Shown here piece by piece: positions 11,198 to 21,909 of a stretch of DNA of 64,000 nt (its first letter is position 1; each line of letters begins with the position of its first letter). Under the pieces are notes generated by a model that worked only from the letters and a program-made list of their open reading frames with translations, did not search any database and had not been told where the DNA came from. A program made the translations under genes and the position numbers. Location of the stretch: positions 1-64,000 of the forward strand of contig CAVQRZ010000001.1 in NCBI GenBank assembly GCA_963715335.1, given 5' to 3'. The DNA is from an uncultured delta proteobacterium (GTDB lineage: Bacteria > Desulfobacterota > Desulfuromonadia > Desulfuromonadales > BM103).

Positions 11198-12928
11198 TCA
11201 GTTTGAATGGTTTGTGCGGCCCGACGTTAACAGATTCGCAGCTCCGATGCGCAGGATCTCCAGCCACTTGAAATTCATCATGTGGCGACGCCAGAACAGC
11301 TCCTGTTTGTCGCAGACCGTCGAAACGCTGTACTCATGGATGTCACCGCGCAATCGATCCAGTATTTCTGAATCCATCTCCCCCTGTGATTGTGCAAGCC
11401 GGTCCTTCAACGCCCTGGCCTGCTTGATCCTCCGTGCGACCCCGACTCCGCGCGCCTGGTCAACTCGCCCGTAGCGGAGCTTCAGGGCGTTCAGAGCCTC
11501 AGCCGCATCGTAGGTCACTTCGACCATCTCGTCACGACTCATCCACTCCGTTTCATAATTCAGAATCTGTCCCCAGGTGGGCTGCAGAAGCAGCTGGCGG
11601 TGCTCTTCCAGGGTTTTTGCAAACAACCGGTAGCCGTACTTCTCCGGATGCTCGAAACCATGGCTGCCGGGATCGAGAAAAGGACCCATCGGCGAGATAA
11701 AACAGGATAGCCGCCGGTCATAACTGCGGAAGAGCCTTTCACAATAGCCGATTGTTTTCATCACAGATTCGCAGGTCTGTCCGGACAAGCCGATCATGAA
11801 GAACACATCGAGGCGGTGACAACCCAATTTCAGGGCCTCCGCGATCACGGCCTCCATCTCGTCATTGGTGTAAAAAACCTGAGAGTCCTGGCGGCGTCGG
11901 ACCTCTTCGTCATGGCTCTCCGGTGACAGCTCGAGGCTCCAATTTTTCACCGCCCTGTCGATCGCCCGCAAATACTCAGGGGCGGGCATACCGAAGACTT
12001 CGAAAACGATCTCGTTTGCGAACCGCTTCTCTGCAAGACGTAGCAATGTCTCGCGGACATAATCATCTCCGGCCTGAAGCAGGTCGCCGACCAGGAAGAT
12101 CGGCCCGCGCGAAATCCTGCAGACATCCGAAATGTTCTTGACCAGGCTGAGCGGGCTCCTGAACGCCGGCTTGTTCCGCATGTTCAACCGCCCGCTGGCA
12201 TGACCGGAACCCCCACAGGTGACGCATTCGTGCACACAGCCACGGACGGTGAAAACCGCAGTAATCGGATTCTGCCACCAGCCGTTGAACGGCAGGACGC
12301 TCTGCAGGTCGCGGTGACGCATGACCATGCGAACCATACGCTCCGGGCTCAGATCAACATAATCCATATCCGGGGAGGGGCATGTGAAAGTGTTGACTTG
12401 AACCTTTCCCTGCTTTTTCCACACCAGGTTCGGCACATCCTCCAGGAGGCCATCGCCTCGCAGGCAGAGCAGCAGGGCATACAAGTGCGGCTCTACAGAA
12501 TCCCCCCGCAGAATAAAATCCACATGGGGAGAACTGATCAGCTCATCGTAATAATAGCTAGCTGACAACCCGCCAAAAATAACCGGGATTTGCGGGTGGC
12601 ACGCCTTGGCCAGTCGGGCAATCTCGAGGGCACCATGCGCATGCGGCAACCAATGCAGGTCGATGCCGAAAGCCTTCGGCTTGAGTTTTGACAGGAACCG
12701 GGGGACACCGAATCCAGGATCGTTCATCATCCGCAAGGCCAGGTTGACGATGCGCACCGTCAGGCCTCTGGACTCGAGGTAGTCGGTCATGGTCAGGAAA
12801 CCGAGCGGATACATCTCGAAGACCGGAGAGGACGGGATCAGGTCACTGACCGGGCCATACATGATGGCTTCCTTACGGAAGTCATAAACACTTGGCGGAT
12901 GCAGCAGGACCAGGTCGGTCCGGGACAT
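11198..12928 (-). CDS. B12-binding radical SAM protein (TIGR04190/Ta0216-like)
   Basis: N-terminal DLVLLHPPSVYDFR...FEMYPLGF; DLHWLPHAHG; RGCVHECVTCGG (CxxxCxxC). Confidence 0.85.
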   Translation of the reverse strand: MSRTDLVLLHPPSVYDFRKEAIMYGPVSDLIPSSPVFEMYPLGFLTMTDYLESRGLTVRIVNLALRMMNDPGFGVPRFLSKLKPKAFGIDLHWLPHAHGALEIARLAKACHPQIPVIFGGLSASYYYDELISSPHVDFILRGDSVEPHLYALLLCLRGDGLLEDVPNLVWKKQGKVQVNTFTCPSPDMDYVDLSPERMVRMVMRHRDLQSVLPFNGWWQNPITAVFTVRGCVHECVTCGGSGHASGRLNMRNKPAFRSPLSLVKNISDVCRISRGPIFLVGDLLQAGDDYVRETLLRLAEKRFANEIVFEVFGMPAPEYLRAIDRAVKNWSLELSPESHDEEVRRRQDSQVFYTNDEMEAVIAEALKLGCHRLDVFFMIGLSGQTCESVMKTIGYCERLFRSYDRRLSCFISPMGPFLDPGSHGFEHPEKYGYRLFAKTLEEHRQLLLQPTWGQILNYETEWMSRDEMVEVTYDAAEALNALKLRYGRVDQARGVGVARRIKQARALKDRLAQSQGEMDSEILDRLRGDIHEYSVSTVCDKQELFWRRHMMNFKWLEILRIGAANLLTSGRTNHSN

Positions 12929-13114
12929 GGTGGGCCTCCATCGGCTGCGCGGCCGATTCCACGGTTAATTGTGTTGGTTTTACTTGATTATATCAGGTAT
13001 TTTTGTGGAAACTGGCTCCCGGCCTGCTTGCACCCTGCAATGCTACTTGAAGGGCCGGGGCTTCCATGCTAAGTTGCGTCACCTTCGCCAGACCCGAAAG
13101 AGCCGTGGCAGACT

Positions 13115-13801
13115 ATGATATTACAGGGAACGCTGGTAAACATAGCCGCCGTTGTCGCTGGCTGCCTGATCGGCAGGTGGGCTGGCCGTTATCTCTCGGC
13201 AAAAATGCGTGAGACCCTGATGGTCGGGCTGGGGCTCGCGGTTCTGCTGATCGGTCTGCAACTCGCACTGCAGAGTCGACAGATCATGATTGTGATTGGC
13301 AGCCTGATCTTTGGCGGCTTGATTGGCGAAGGGCTCGGCCTGGAAAACCGGCTGGAGCAATTCGGCCTGCACTTGCAGAAACGGTTCTCCGGCATGGGCA
13401 AGATTGCCGAAGCCTTTGTAACCTCGAGTCTGCTTTATTGTGTCGGGGCGATGGCGATCATGGGCGCCCTGCAGGACGGACTGGGAGGGCCACCGTCGAT
13501 CCTCTATGCCAAGGCGGCTCTCGATGGCGTGGCATCTATCGCGCTGACCTCGACGCTTGGCATCGGCGTGATCTTCTCCGTCATCCCCCTGCTTCTCTAC
13601 CAGGGCGGGATCACCCTGGCGGCAAAACTCGCCGAAACCGTTCTCACAGAACCGGTCATAATTGAGATGAATGCTGTCGGCGGGTTACTGATTGTCGCCA
13701 TCGCCATCGACCTGCTGGGGATCAAGCGCCTGCCGGTGGGGAACCTGCTCCCGGCCGTGTTTGTCGCCATTGGACTGCTCTGGGCTTTCGGCATGGCCTG
13801 A
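13115..13801 (+). CDS. DUF554-family membrane protein
   Basis: GTLVNIAAV, SLLYCVGAMAIMGALQDG, KAALDG, YQGGIT, VGNLLPA. Confidence 0.9.
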   Translation: MILQGTLVNIAAVVAGCLIGRWAGRYLSAKMRETLMVGLGLAVLLIGLQLALQSRQIMIVIGSLIFGGLIGEGLGLENRLEQFGLHLQKRFSGMGKIAEAFVTSSLLYCVGAMAIMGALQDGLGGPPSILYAKAALDGVASIALTSTLGIGVIFSVIPLLLYQGGITLAAKLAETVLTEPVIIEMNAVGGLLIVAIAIDLLGIKRLPVGNLLPAVFVAIGLLWAFGMA

Positions 13802-13821
13802 GGCACGGCCGGACGCAGGGA

Positions 13822-16116
13822 TCAATCTGTTGGGGCGTGTTCCGTACGACCTGCAACAACCGTCCTTGGTTGCACCACCGGCAGTGTGACAATGAACCTG
13901 GCCCCCTTTTCCGCATTGATGACCTCAATTTCACCGTGGTGATGAGCAATGATCCGGTGGGAAATTGAAAGGCCCAGCCCCGTTCCCTTGGCGAAGGTCG
14001 AGAAAAAGGGGTTGAATATGTTGCGCATAACTTCCGGACGGATTCCACCACCGGTGTCTTCTATCTCGACCGACACCGCCTGCTCGCCTCGGAGAGTGCT
14101 GGCCCTGGCCCTGATCGTTACAACTCCACGACCGCCCATGACCTGACGTGCATTGATCATCAGGTTGAGAAACACCTGTCGCAGTTGTCGATGATCACCG
14201 ACAATTATCGGCAAGCCCGCCTGCATTTCCGTAATTATCGCGATCGACTGTTTCCGGCAGTGGTCATATTCGAGGTCGATGACCTCCTGCAGCACATCCG
14301 TAATACTGCAACTGTCGAGACACACCAAATGCCTTTTGCTGAAAGAGAGGATATTGCCAAGCATTTCCTCCATACGCCTTACTTCGCGGGCAATGATACC
14401 GGCGTATTCATTGGCCTTCGGATCCTTGAGGTCCTGGCGACTCAGGCGCTGGGCAAACCCCCCGATTGAAACCAGCGGATTTCGCAGCTCATGGGCAACC
14501 TGGGCGGCCATTTCACCAAGGACAGCCATCTTTTCACCATGGATCAGCCGTTCTTGCACATCCTGTAGGTTGTCATGAGCCATTTCCAGACGCTTGACCA
14601 GGCTGGCATTGTCGAGAGCCGAACTGGCCTGGTTGGCAAAGAGCTCCAAAAAATGTCTGCGCTGAGGGGTTATCTCGCCCTGCGTCAAAGGGTTGTCAAC
14701 CAGCAGGATACCCATGACCTGATCCCGGCCGATCAGAGGGGCGCACGCATAAGGCCCGAGTTCGAGAGTATCGGACAGTTGCCGGCCTCCGGCCGGTTCA
14801 TTCCCAGGATGCTGGACCAGGATCACCCGCTTTTGCAGAAAAGCTCTTGCCAGCGCATTATCCTGCTCATCGAGGGGCAACCTCTGCTTGACAACCTTCT
14901 GGTTGTAAACTGTTTTCCGTTGAGCTTCGCGGACCTCCTCATCAAGCTTTGAGTTCTCCCACGTCAGCTGGTCACCGCCATCCGAAACAGCCAGAGACGC
15001 CATCTTCTGGGTCACCCCCAACATTCCCTGCAGCATCCTGGTACGGTGGTTGACGGTAAAGAGTGTTGCCCTCTCAAAGCAACCGGCTTCGACACTGGTT
15101 GCCGCAGACAGAGTCAGGTGCGAGAGCTCGTCCAGATTGAGCGTACTGTGCATCGTGCGCGACATCCGGTACAGGATCGATATCTCACGGTTGACCATTT
15201 CCTGCTGCTTTTCAGCTTCCCGTCTCCTGCCCAATTCCACGTTCAACTCGTCGTAAGACTGGCTTATCTCCCTAAAAAGAGTCGTAAAGGGTGAACGGAG
15301 AGAACCCTCGACCAGAGCCGTATAAGCCAAAACGACACTGCCCAGCTTGAAGTAGTGGCCAAGGAAGTTAAAAAATCCGTAGACATCCATGTAGAGGGAA
15401 AACATCAGTTCCGAGGCAACACTCATGCCGATCGAGACCAGCAGCAGGGAGGTGAGCTGTTGATTGAGGTGTTTGCCCCGTACATACAGAAAGATCGCAG
15501 CGAGCAGGAGCAGGCTGATGATTGCATATTCGCTGTAGATCTTGAAGGGTGTCAGCCCCACGCCCTCTATGTAGCAGGGCGGGAAAAGGCCCAGCGGCCA
15601 GACCAGGGCCACGAGTGAGCCGGCTCCTATCAGGAAGGCCAGCAGCCAGATTTTTGCCGAACATAGTTCCTTCCGGCCCAGAGTGAAAATTGCACAGCAG
15701 AAGGCCGCCGCTGTAATCGTTCGCGCAATCACCCAGAATTGTGCCGCCTTATCCGCCCCGGCCCCCGGGAGGATCTGCATCCCCTTGTACGAGAAGGTGT
15801 GCAGCAGATCGACCATGCCGGTCAAAAGGAAGCCGATCGCAAGGATCACGAAAAACTGGCTGTGCACCAGGCGCCTGGTATTCCAGCCGATCAGGAAAAC
15901 GGATGTCAGGAGAATGATGCTGCAGACTTCTATCAGGGCGTGGGTCAGCAGGTAGTTATATCGCCCAAGAAAGAACAGCAAAAGGCCGGCGAGCAGAAAA
16001 ACTGCCAGACCGGCCTTGAAAGATAAACGAGTAAATTTTACCGCCAGCTTAGTGTCGGATTGTTGCGGCACGGTTGTCTGGCTATGGCTTTGAAGATCAG
16101 ATTGTTCGTCCGGCAT
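13822..16116 (-). CDS. Membrane sensor histidine kinase (MASE3-like TM domain, GAF, HisKA/HATPase)
   Basis: NYLLTHALIE and DLLHTFSYKGM; H-box AHELRNPL; N-box NLMINARQ; GTGLGL. Confidence 0.9.
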   Translation of the reverse strand: MPDEQSDLQSHSQTTVPQQSDTKLAVKFTRLSFKAGLAVFLLAGLLLFFLGRYNYLLTHALIEVCSIILLTSVFLIGWNTRRLVHSQFFVILAIGFLLTGMVDLLHTFSYKGMQILPGAGADKAAQFWVIARTITAAAFCCAIFTLGRKELCSAKIWLLAFLIGAGSLVALVWPLGLFPPCYIEGVGLTPFKIYSEYAIISLLLLAAIFLYVRGKHLNQQLTSLLLVSIGMSVASELMFSLYMDVYGFFNFLGHYFKLGSVVLAYTALVEGSLRSPFTTLFREISQSYDELNVELGRRREAEKQQEMVNREISILYRMSRTMHSTLNLDELSHLTLSAATSVEAGCFERATLFTVNHRTRMLQGMLGVTQKMASLAVSDGGDQLTWENSKLDEEVREAQRKTVYNQKVVKQRLPLDEQDNALARAFLQKRVILVQHPGNEPAGGRQLSDTLELGPYACAPLIGRDQVMGILLVDNPLTQGEITPQRRHFLELFANQASSALDNASLVKRLEMAHDNLQDVQERLIHGEKMAVLGEMAAQVAHELRNPLVSIGGFAQRLSRQDLKDPKANEYAGIIAREVRRMEEMLGNILSFSKRHLVCLDSCSITDVLQEVIDLEYDHCRKQSIAIITEMQAGLPIIVGDHRQLRQVFLNLMINARQVMGGRGVVTIRARASTLRGEQAVSVEIEDTGGGIRPEVMRNIFNPFFSTFAKGTGLGLSISHRIIAHHHGEIEVINAEKGARFIVTLPVVQPRTVVAGRTEHAPTD

Positions 16117-16152
16117 GACCCTCTCCTGCCTGCCGGCAAAGACCGGAACAAA

Positions 16153-16509
16153 TCAGCCGATCTTTTCCTGACGCTCCTGTTCGGTCTTGCACTCAATACA
16201 CAAGGTCGTAACCGGACGGGCTTTGAGTCGCGCTTCGCCGATCTGGTCGCCGCAATCTTCACATTCACCGAACTCACCGGAATCGATGCGGTCGAGCGCT
16301 TCGCGGATCTTGACGATCAGCTTGCGTTCGCGATCACGGATACGCAATTCAAAATTGCGGTCGGACTCCAGCGAGGCCCGGTCGGTGGGATCGGGGAAAT
16401 TGGTCTTTTCATCTGTCATCTCGGAGACCGTCTTGTCTGCCTCACGGAGCAACTGGTCCATTTGCCCCTGAAGCAATTGACGGAACTCCTCCAACTTGGC
16501 TTTTTTCAT
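16153..16509 (-). CDS. dksA: RNA polymerase-binding protein DksA
   Basis: PDPTDRASLESD, RDRERKL, C4 zinc finger CEDC...CIEC; ATG at 16509 after GGAG. Confidence 0.93.
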   Translation of the reverse strand: MKKAKLEEFRQLLQGQMDQLLREADKTVSEMTDEKTNFPDPTDRASLESDRNFELRIRDRERKLIVKIREALDRIDSGEFGECEDCGDQIGEARLKARPVTTLCIECKTEQERQEKIG

Positions 16510-16589
16510 AAGAAAACTCCTCAAACCACAACGGGCACAAATTAAATGAAATTGACCGTCAAGTCAACCTAAATACCCGCCTGCTCCGC

Positions 16590-17111
16590 TCACGTTCTGA
16601 ACTGGGCCAGCAGGACATAGGCCAGAGCAATAACGGCGAACCATGCCGTGAAGACGTCCGCCTGCCTGAGCGGGGGCTGTTTCGCAAGTTGTGCGGTCTC
16701 ATCCGTGACCGTCCCTTGCGGTACCGACTCGATCAGACAGCTCAGCAAAGCCGGGAAATCGCCGTATGAATTGGATATGATCAGAAAATCATCGTCTCCG
16801 GCGGCCAGGGTCAAGAAAACCCGGTTGCGCACCCGGACCGTCTCCAGTCCCGTGACATCGGCGAAAGAGATCCGACGCTGCCGGAAGAGACGATATGCCG
16901 TTACTGCTTCCGCGTCGATGACCAGACGACGACGTGCACTTTCGACAAAGAGGACCGCCAGCGGCATGATCAGGCCGGCCAGGACAATTACCTTGGTGAT
17001 CGACTGGCCCTGCAGAAGACAGACAACCAGCAGGGCAACGGTCAGGGCAATCAGCAGGCCCATCGGCACGACAAATGCGCGCCGGATAACGAATGTCCGT
17101 GACTGGTCCAT
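16590..17111 (-). CDS. Membrane protein, possibly with a bacterial PH-like domain
   Basis: Two N-terminal TM helices, beta-rich middle, C-terminal TM; start overlaps the moaC stop. Confidence 0.65.
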   Translation of the reverse strand: MDQSRTFVIRRAFVVPMGLLIALTVALLVVCLLQGQSITKVIVLAGLIMPLAVLFVESARRRLVIDAEAVTAYRLFRQRRISFADVTGLETVRVRNRVFLTLAAGDDDFLIISNSYGDFPALLSCLIESVPQGTVTDETAQLAKQPPLRQADVFTAWFAVIALAYVLLAQFRT

Positions 17112-17599
17112 TAAGCCGGCTCCCCGGGGTTGATAAAATGACCACTGCGACCCCCCTGTTTCTCCGCCAGGCGGACCTGGCCGATCATCATGGTTTTATC
17201 CACGGCCTTGCACATATCGTAAATTGTCAGGGCGGCGACCGACACGGCCGTCAGCGCCTCCATTTCGACCCCGGTCTGGCCGTTTACCTTGACCGTTGCC
17301 TTGATCTTCACCAGCGACTTGTCCGTATCGTGGGTAAAATCAACCTCGACGCTGTTGATCATCAGGGGATGACAGAGGGGAATCAGGTCAGGGGTCTTCT
17401 TGGCTGCCATGATGCCGGCCAACCGGGCGACATCAAGAACGTCACCTTTTTCAATCCTCTTGTCGAGAATCCGGCTGAGCGTTCCCGGCTGCATCAGCAC
17501 TTCGCCACACGCCACGGCAACCCTGCGGGTGCTCTCCTTGCCGCCGACATCAACCATGATCGCCTTGCCCTCTTTATTGAAATGGGTCAGTTTGTTCAT
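17111..17599 (-). CDS. moaC: Cyclic pyranopterin monophosphate synthase MoaC
   Basis: LTHF...[32 protein letters not shown]. Confidence 0.97.
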   Translation of the reverse strand: MNKLTHFNKEGKAIMVDVGGKESTRRVAVACGEVLMQPGTLSRILDKRIEKGDVLDVARLAGIMAAKKTPDLIPLCHPLMINSVEVDFTHDTDKSLVKIKATVKVNGQTGVEMEALTAVSVAALTIYDMCKAVDKTMMIGQVRLAEKQGGRSGHFINPGEPA

Positions 17600-17680
17600 C
17601 GCTCGTTCCTCGCTCTCGAGGCGCGCAGTGCGATAAAGTCTTGGGCTTTTCTCGCTTCGCGCTTCGCGTTTCGCACTTCC

Positions 17681-19072
17681 TCAGTTAAACAAATCTTCCA
17701 ATGCCTCCGCAGCGCTGCGTACGCCGACCAACTCGATGCCCTTCGGTTTATCGAGGGTTTTCAGATTGCCGGCGGGCAGCAAGCAGCGGTTGAAACCGAG
17801 TCGGGCAGCCTCCTTAACGCGCAGTTCCGGGTGCGAGACAGCCCGCACCTCACCGGCCAGGCCGATCTCGCCGAACAGCACGGTGCGCTCATCGATCGGG
17901 CGGTTGAGGTGACTCGAGGCCAGGGCCACGACCACGCCAAGATCGACCGCTGGCTCGACAATGCGGACCCCCCCGGCAACATTGACAAATATGTCCTGGG
18001 CCAGCATGGCATAGCCGACTTTCTTCTCCAGCACGGCAACCAGCAGGGAGATCCGGTTGGAGTCGATCCCCATCGCCTTGCGCTGTGGATTGCCGTAGGC
18101 GGCCCCTGAAACCAGCGCCTGGATTTCCACCAGGATCGGCCGGGTCCCCTCAATGGCCGGCACGACAACACTGCCTGCCGCATCCTCGGGACGTTCCGCC
18201 AGAAAAAGTTCCGAAGGGTTCGGCACTTCGTTCAAACCGACATCCTTCATTTCGAAAACACCGATCTCATTGGTCGAACCGAAACGGTTTTTAACCGCCC
18301 GGAGGATCCGGTAAGGATGTCCTGCATCACCTTCAAAGTAGAGGACCGTGTCCACCATGTGCTCAAGCATGCGCGGTCCGGCAATCGATCCGTCCTTGGT
18401 GACATGGCCGACGATAAAGGTCGGAACACCCTCGCCCTTGGCCAGGTGCATGAGTCGCCCGGCGCATTCACGCACCTGGCTGACGCTCCCGGGTGCCGAC
18501 TCAAGCGCCGCGGTAAAGACCGTCTGGATCGAATCGACGATCAGGAGGGCCGGCTTCAGCTCCCGCACCCGTTCGAGAACCCCTTCCAGGGAAGTCTCGG
18601 CCAAAAGATAGAGGTCCTCGGCCACGACATCGAGGCGGCCGGCACGCAGCTTGACCTGACGGCTCGACTCTTCGGCGGTCACGTAGAGGACCGGTCCGGA
18701 GCGGGTCCAGTTGCCGGCAGCCTGCAGCAACAGGGTCGACTTGCCGATCCCCGGATCACCACCGATCAGGGTGAAGGAACCGGGCACCACGCCGCCACCG
18801 AGGACCCGGTCGAATTCGGCGATGCCGCAGTGCAGGCGATCCTCATCGGAGGCCGAAACTTCCGCCAGCCGAACAGGTGTGCTTTCGGCGCGCAGGGGAA
18901 CCGTCCGGCCACCTTTCCTGGCAACGGTCACGGTCTCTTCCACCAGGGTGTTCCACTGGTTGCAGTCCGGGCATTTGCCAAGCCACTTGGGGCTCTGCAT
19001 ACCGCACTGCTGACAACTGTAGATGGTTTTCTGTTTCAAAGCCCGCCTCACCAAAAAATTCAGAGAACTCAT
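17681..19072 (-). CDS. radA: DNA repair protein RadA/Sms (true start probably a few codons downstream)
   Basis: CQQCG...CPDC zinc finger, GGDPGIGKSTLLLQ, KNRFG motif. Confidence 0.97.
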   Translation of the reverse strand: MSSLNFLVRRALKQKTIYSCQQCGMQSPKWLGKCPDCNQWNTLVEETVTVARKGGRTVPLRAESTPVRLAEVSASDEDRLHCGIAEFDRVLGGGVVPGSFTLIGGDPGIGKSTLLLQAAGNWTRSGPVLYVTAEESSRQVKLRAGRLDVVAEDLYLLAETSLEGVLERVRELKPALLIVDSIQTVFTAALESAPGSVSQVRECAGRLMHLAKGEGVPTFIVGHVTKDGSIAGPRMLEHMVDTVLYFEGDAGHPYRILRAVKNRFGSTNEIGVFEMKDVGLNEVPNPSELFLAERPEDAAGSVVVPAIEGTRPILVEIQALVSGAAYGNPQRKAMGIDSNRISLLVAVLEKKVGYAMLAQDIFVNVAGGVRIVEPAVDLGVVVALASSHLNRPIDERTVLFGEIGLAGEVRAVSHPELRVKEAARLGFNRCLLPAGNLKTLDKPKGIELVGVRSAAEALEDLFN

Positions 19073-19160
19073 TCTAGGACGCCAACCCCTGAACCGTCAA
19101 CAATGGAACACACAAACACGGGGAGGCCCGTCTGATTGACAAACGGGCCTCACTCAAAAT

Positions 19161-19286
19161 TCAGTGCGTTAAATTGTCGTAGTTCTTCATGCCATCCGTG
19201 AATTCTATCAGCAGGTCGATGTCACTCGACTCATCGGCCTCACCGCGAGCGAAGAATCCGAACAGACCCGAGTAGCGCCCATACGA
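19161..19286 (-). pseudogene. Fragment of a minimal nucleotidyltransferase (MNT/MntA-type antitoxin)
   Basis: Manual translation SYGRYSGLFGFFARGEADESSDIDLLIEFTDGMKNYDNLTH* matches the LFGSxARG...SDIDLLVEF signature; no start codon, truncated. Confidence 0.7.
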
Positions 19287-19287
19287 A

Positions 19288-21909
19288 TCAGAGAGGTCCT
19301 GTCCTCTCTGAGGTTTTCCGAGCCGGGAAAGCGCTGATCAGCCCCATGGCCAGGGCGGCCAGGTAGGTGAGGGACTGCACCAGCAGGGCCGCCCCCCAGA
19401 GGCGGGCACCGGGGAGCTCCGCCCCCTGCAGCCAGATCACCCCGAAGGCAGCACCGATCAGCAGCACCGCCAGGACGGTCTCCTCGGCGGCGCTGAGCAG
19501 CGCCTGTACCAGGCGCGGCTTATTCTCGCACTTGGGGGTGCGGAAGAATGGCTTGTCCTTGGTCCAGAAGCCGGAGACCACCGCCTTGGCGATGGTGTGC
19601 GATAGGGCCAGCCCGGCCAGGGCCGCGCCGAGGGTTTCGGCGCGACTGGCGCCCACCCGGGTGCGGTAAAGGTAGATCAGTTTCAGCACCTTGAAGAAGA
19701 ACAGCGCCAGGGGCGGAATGGTGAACACCGCCAGCGGCGGGTCGGTGTGCTGCGGATCCATCAGGATCAGGGCCGACCAGAGCAGGGCGCCGAAGGTGTA
19801 GAACAGGTTCAGACCGTCGGCCAGCCAAGGGAGCCAGCCGGCGACAAAATGGTAGCGCTGGCCGCGGCTCAGGCGGTCGTCCCCCCAGCCGAACAGGGGA
19901 CGCAGGTGGCGGCGCATGATCTGGATCGAGCCGTAGGCCCAACGGAAGCGCTGCTTCTTGTAGTCGATGAAGGTGTCGGGCATCACTCCGCGACCGTAGC
20001 TCTGCTCGATGTACCCCCCCTCGTACCCCGCCTCGAAGATCCGCAGGCCCAGCTCGGCGTCCTCGGTGATGCACCATTCTGCCCAGCCGCCAACCTCGCG
20101 CAGCACGCTGGCGCGGGCCATGGTCATGGTGCCGTGCTCGATGATGGCGTTGCGGTCGTTGCGGGTGACCATGCCGATGTGGAAGAACCCCTTGTATTCG
20201 GCGTAGCACATCTGCTTGAACAGGGAGCTGTCGCCGTCATGGTAGTCCTGCGGCGCCTGGATGAAACCGATGGAGAGGTTGGCAAAGTAGGGAGTCAGAT
20301 CCCGCAGCCAGCGGGGTGAGACCTGGTAGTCGCTGTCGATGACAGCGATTACTTCGGCGTCGGCGGCCGTCTCGCGCATGGCGAAGTTCAGCGCGCCGGC
20401 CTTGAAGCCGGCCAGCGGCGAGACGTGGAAGAAGCGGAAGCGCGGACCGAGGGCGGCGCAGTGCGCCGCCACCGGCTGCCAGACTGCCGGGTCCTTGGTG
20501 TTGTTGTCGATGACCAGCACCTCGAAATCGGGATAATCCAGCTTCGCCAAAGCGTTGAGGGTCCTGATCAGCATCTCCGGCGGCTCGTTGTAGGCCGGCA
20601 CATGCACCGAAACTTTCGGGAAGATCGTCCCCGCCTCCAGCTCTCGCTCCGGGGTGCCGGCGAAGAAGCGTCGGCGCTTCTTGGTCCAACTCGCCTCGGC
20701 CAGCTCATGGGCCTCGGTGAGCAGCACGAAACAGATGCCGAGAAAGCCGAACAACAGGCAGATCCCCACCGAAATGGTCAGCAGGCTCTGATACTGGTTG
20801 ACGTAGTCGTAGACCACCCAGACCAGGGTTGCCGCCATGCCGTTGGCCAGCAACGCCAGGAAGCTGCGGCCGCGACGGCGCAGGGAGGAGCTGTCGGTGA
20901 ACAGGATCAGCGCCGCCGCCAGCCCCAGTCCTACGGAGAGGCCGGCCAGCAGCCGCCATTGGGGGATCCGGACGATCGGCTCGGTGAAGGGGAACTTCTG
21001 GTTGCGGTTGACGTCGAACACCCCCCAGTAGGCCCCCACCGCCCCTTCCGTCTCCGACTTCCAGGGCTGGTCGAAGGCCTCCATCAGGTAGTAGTCGTAC
21101 TTGTTCTTCTCTGCTCGCTGCAGGTAGTTGCGCAGGAAGATCGCCTCGTTGGACTGGGAGGCCACCGAAGCGCGGCGGGTGCGACCGTTGCTCGGCCAGC
21201 CCACCTCGGCCATCAGGATGCGCTTTTTCGGAAAGGCCTCGCGCAGCATGATGTAGGTGGCGTCGATATGATCCAGGGCCGCCTTGAGCGCCACCCCTTC
21301 CCAGTAGGGGAGAAAGTGGGCGGCGACGAAATCCGCATGCGCCGCCAGCTCCGGGTTGGCCAGCCAGACGTTCCACGGCTCGCCGGTACTCACCGGCAGC
21401 TTGACCGCCTTGCGCACCCGGTCGAGATAGACCGCCAATTCCTCGACCGTCAGATCCCCCCGCAGGACCGTCTCGTTGCCGACGATCAGCTGGATGATGG
21501 TTTTGCTCTTGCTCTTTTTGTGCTGTTTAACCACCTCGAACAGGCGCTCAAGCTCCCGCTCGTTCTCCTCGACATTGTCTGTTAGCCAGGCCCCAAGGGT
21601 CACCTTCATGCCATGCTTTTCCGCCAGCCGCGGAATGCTACTGAGGCTGCCGCCGAGACCGTAGGTGCGGACCGCCTTCACCTGTCCTGCCAGCAGCGCC
21701 AGGTCGCTGGCGATCTGCTCTTCCGTCGGATAGAGGCCCAGGACCGGATCATTTTCCATCCGCAGGGGGGAGAAGGACATCCCCTCCACCTGAGCCGGCC
21801 AGGCGGGTTCGCTGGTGGGGCGGTTCCCCCAGCCCCAGAGCAGAAAAGTCGCCAGGCCGAAGCCGATGACGATCAGCAGGTTGAGCCGAAAGGCCTTGTT
21901 TTTAAACAT
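19288..21909 (-). CDS. GH17 plus GT2 fusion glucosyltransferase (Pseudomonas NdvB-like cyclic beta-1,3-glucan synthase)
   Basis: GH17 motifs IVGNE, EVGWPS, EAFDQPWK; GT2 motifs HVPAYNE, KAGALN, IDSD, ITED, QRFRW. Confidence 0.88.
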   Translation of the reverse strand: MFKNKAFRLNLLIVIGFGLATFLLWGWGNRPTSEPAWPAQVEGMSFSPLRMENDPVLGLYPTEEQIASDLALLAGQVKAVRTYGLGGSLSSIPRLAEKHGMKVTLGAWLTDNVEENERELERLFEVVKQHKKSKSKTIIQLIVGNETVLRGDLTVEELAVYLDRVRKAVKLPVSTGEPWNVWLANPELAAHADFVAAHFLPYWEGVALKAALDHIDATYIMLREAFPKKRILMAEVGWPSNGRTRRASVASQSNEAIFLRNYLQRAEKNKYDYYLMEAFDQPWKSETEGAVGAYWGVFDVNRNQKFPFTEPIVRIPQWRLLAGLSVGLGLAAALILFTDSSSLRRRGRSFLALLANGMAATLVWVVYDYVNQYQSLLTISVGICLLFGFLGICFVLLTEAHELAEASWTKKRRRFFAGTPERELEAGTIFPKVSVHVPAYNEPPEMLIRTLNALAKLDYPDFEVLVIDNNTKDPAVWQPVAAHCAALGPRFRFFHVSPLAGFKAGALNFAMRETAADAEVIAVIDSDYQVSPRWLRDLTPYFANLSIGFIQAPQDYHDGDSSLFKQMCYAEYKGFFHIGMVTRNDRNAIIEHGTMTMARASVLREVGGWAEWCITEDAELGLRIFEAGYEGGYIEQSYGRGVMPDTFIDYKKQRFRWAYGSIQIMRRHLRPLFGWGDDRLSRGQRYHFVAGWLPWLADGLNLFYTFGALLWSALILMDPQHTDPPLAVFTIPPLALFFFKVLKLIYLYRTRVGASRAETLGAALAGLALSHTIAKAVVSGFWTKDKPFFRTPKCENKPRLVQALLSAAEETVLAVLLIGAAFGVIWLQGAELPGARLWGAALLVQSLTYLAALAMGLISAFPARKTSERTGPL

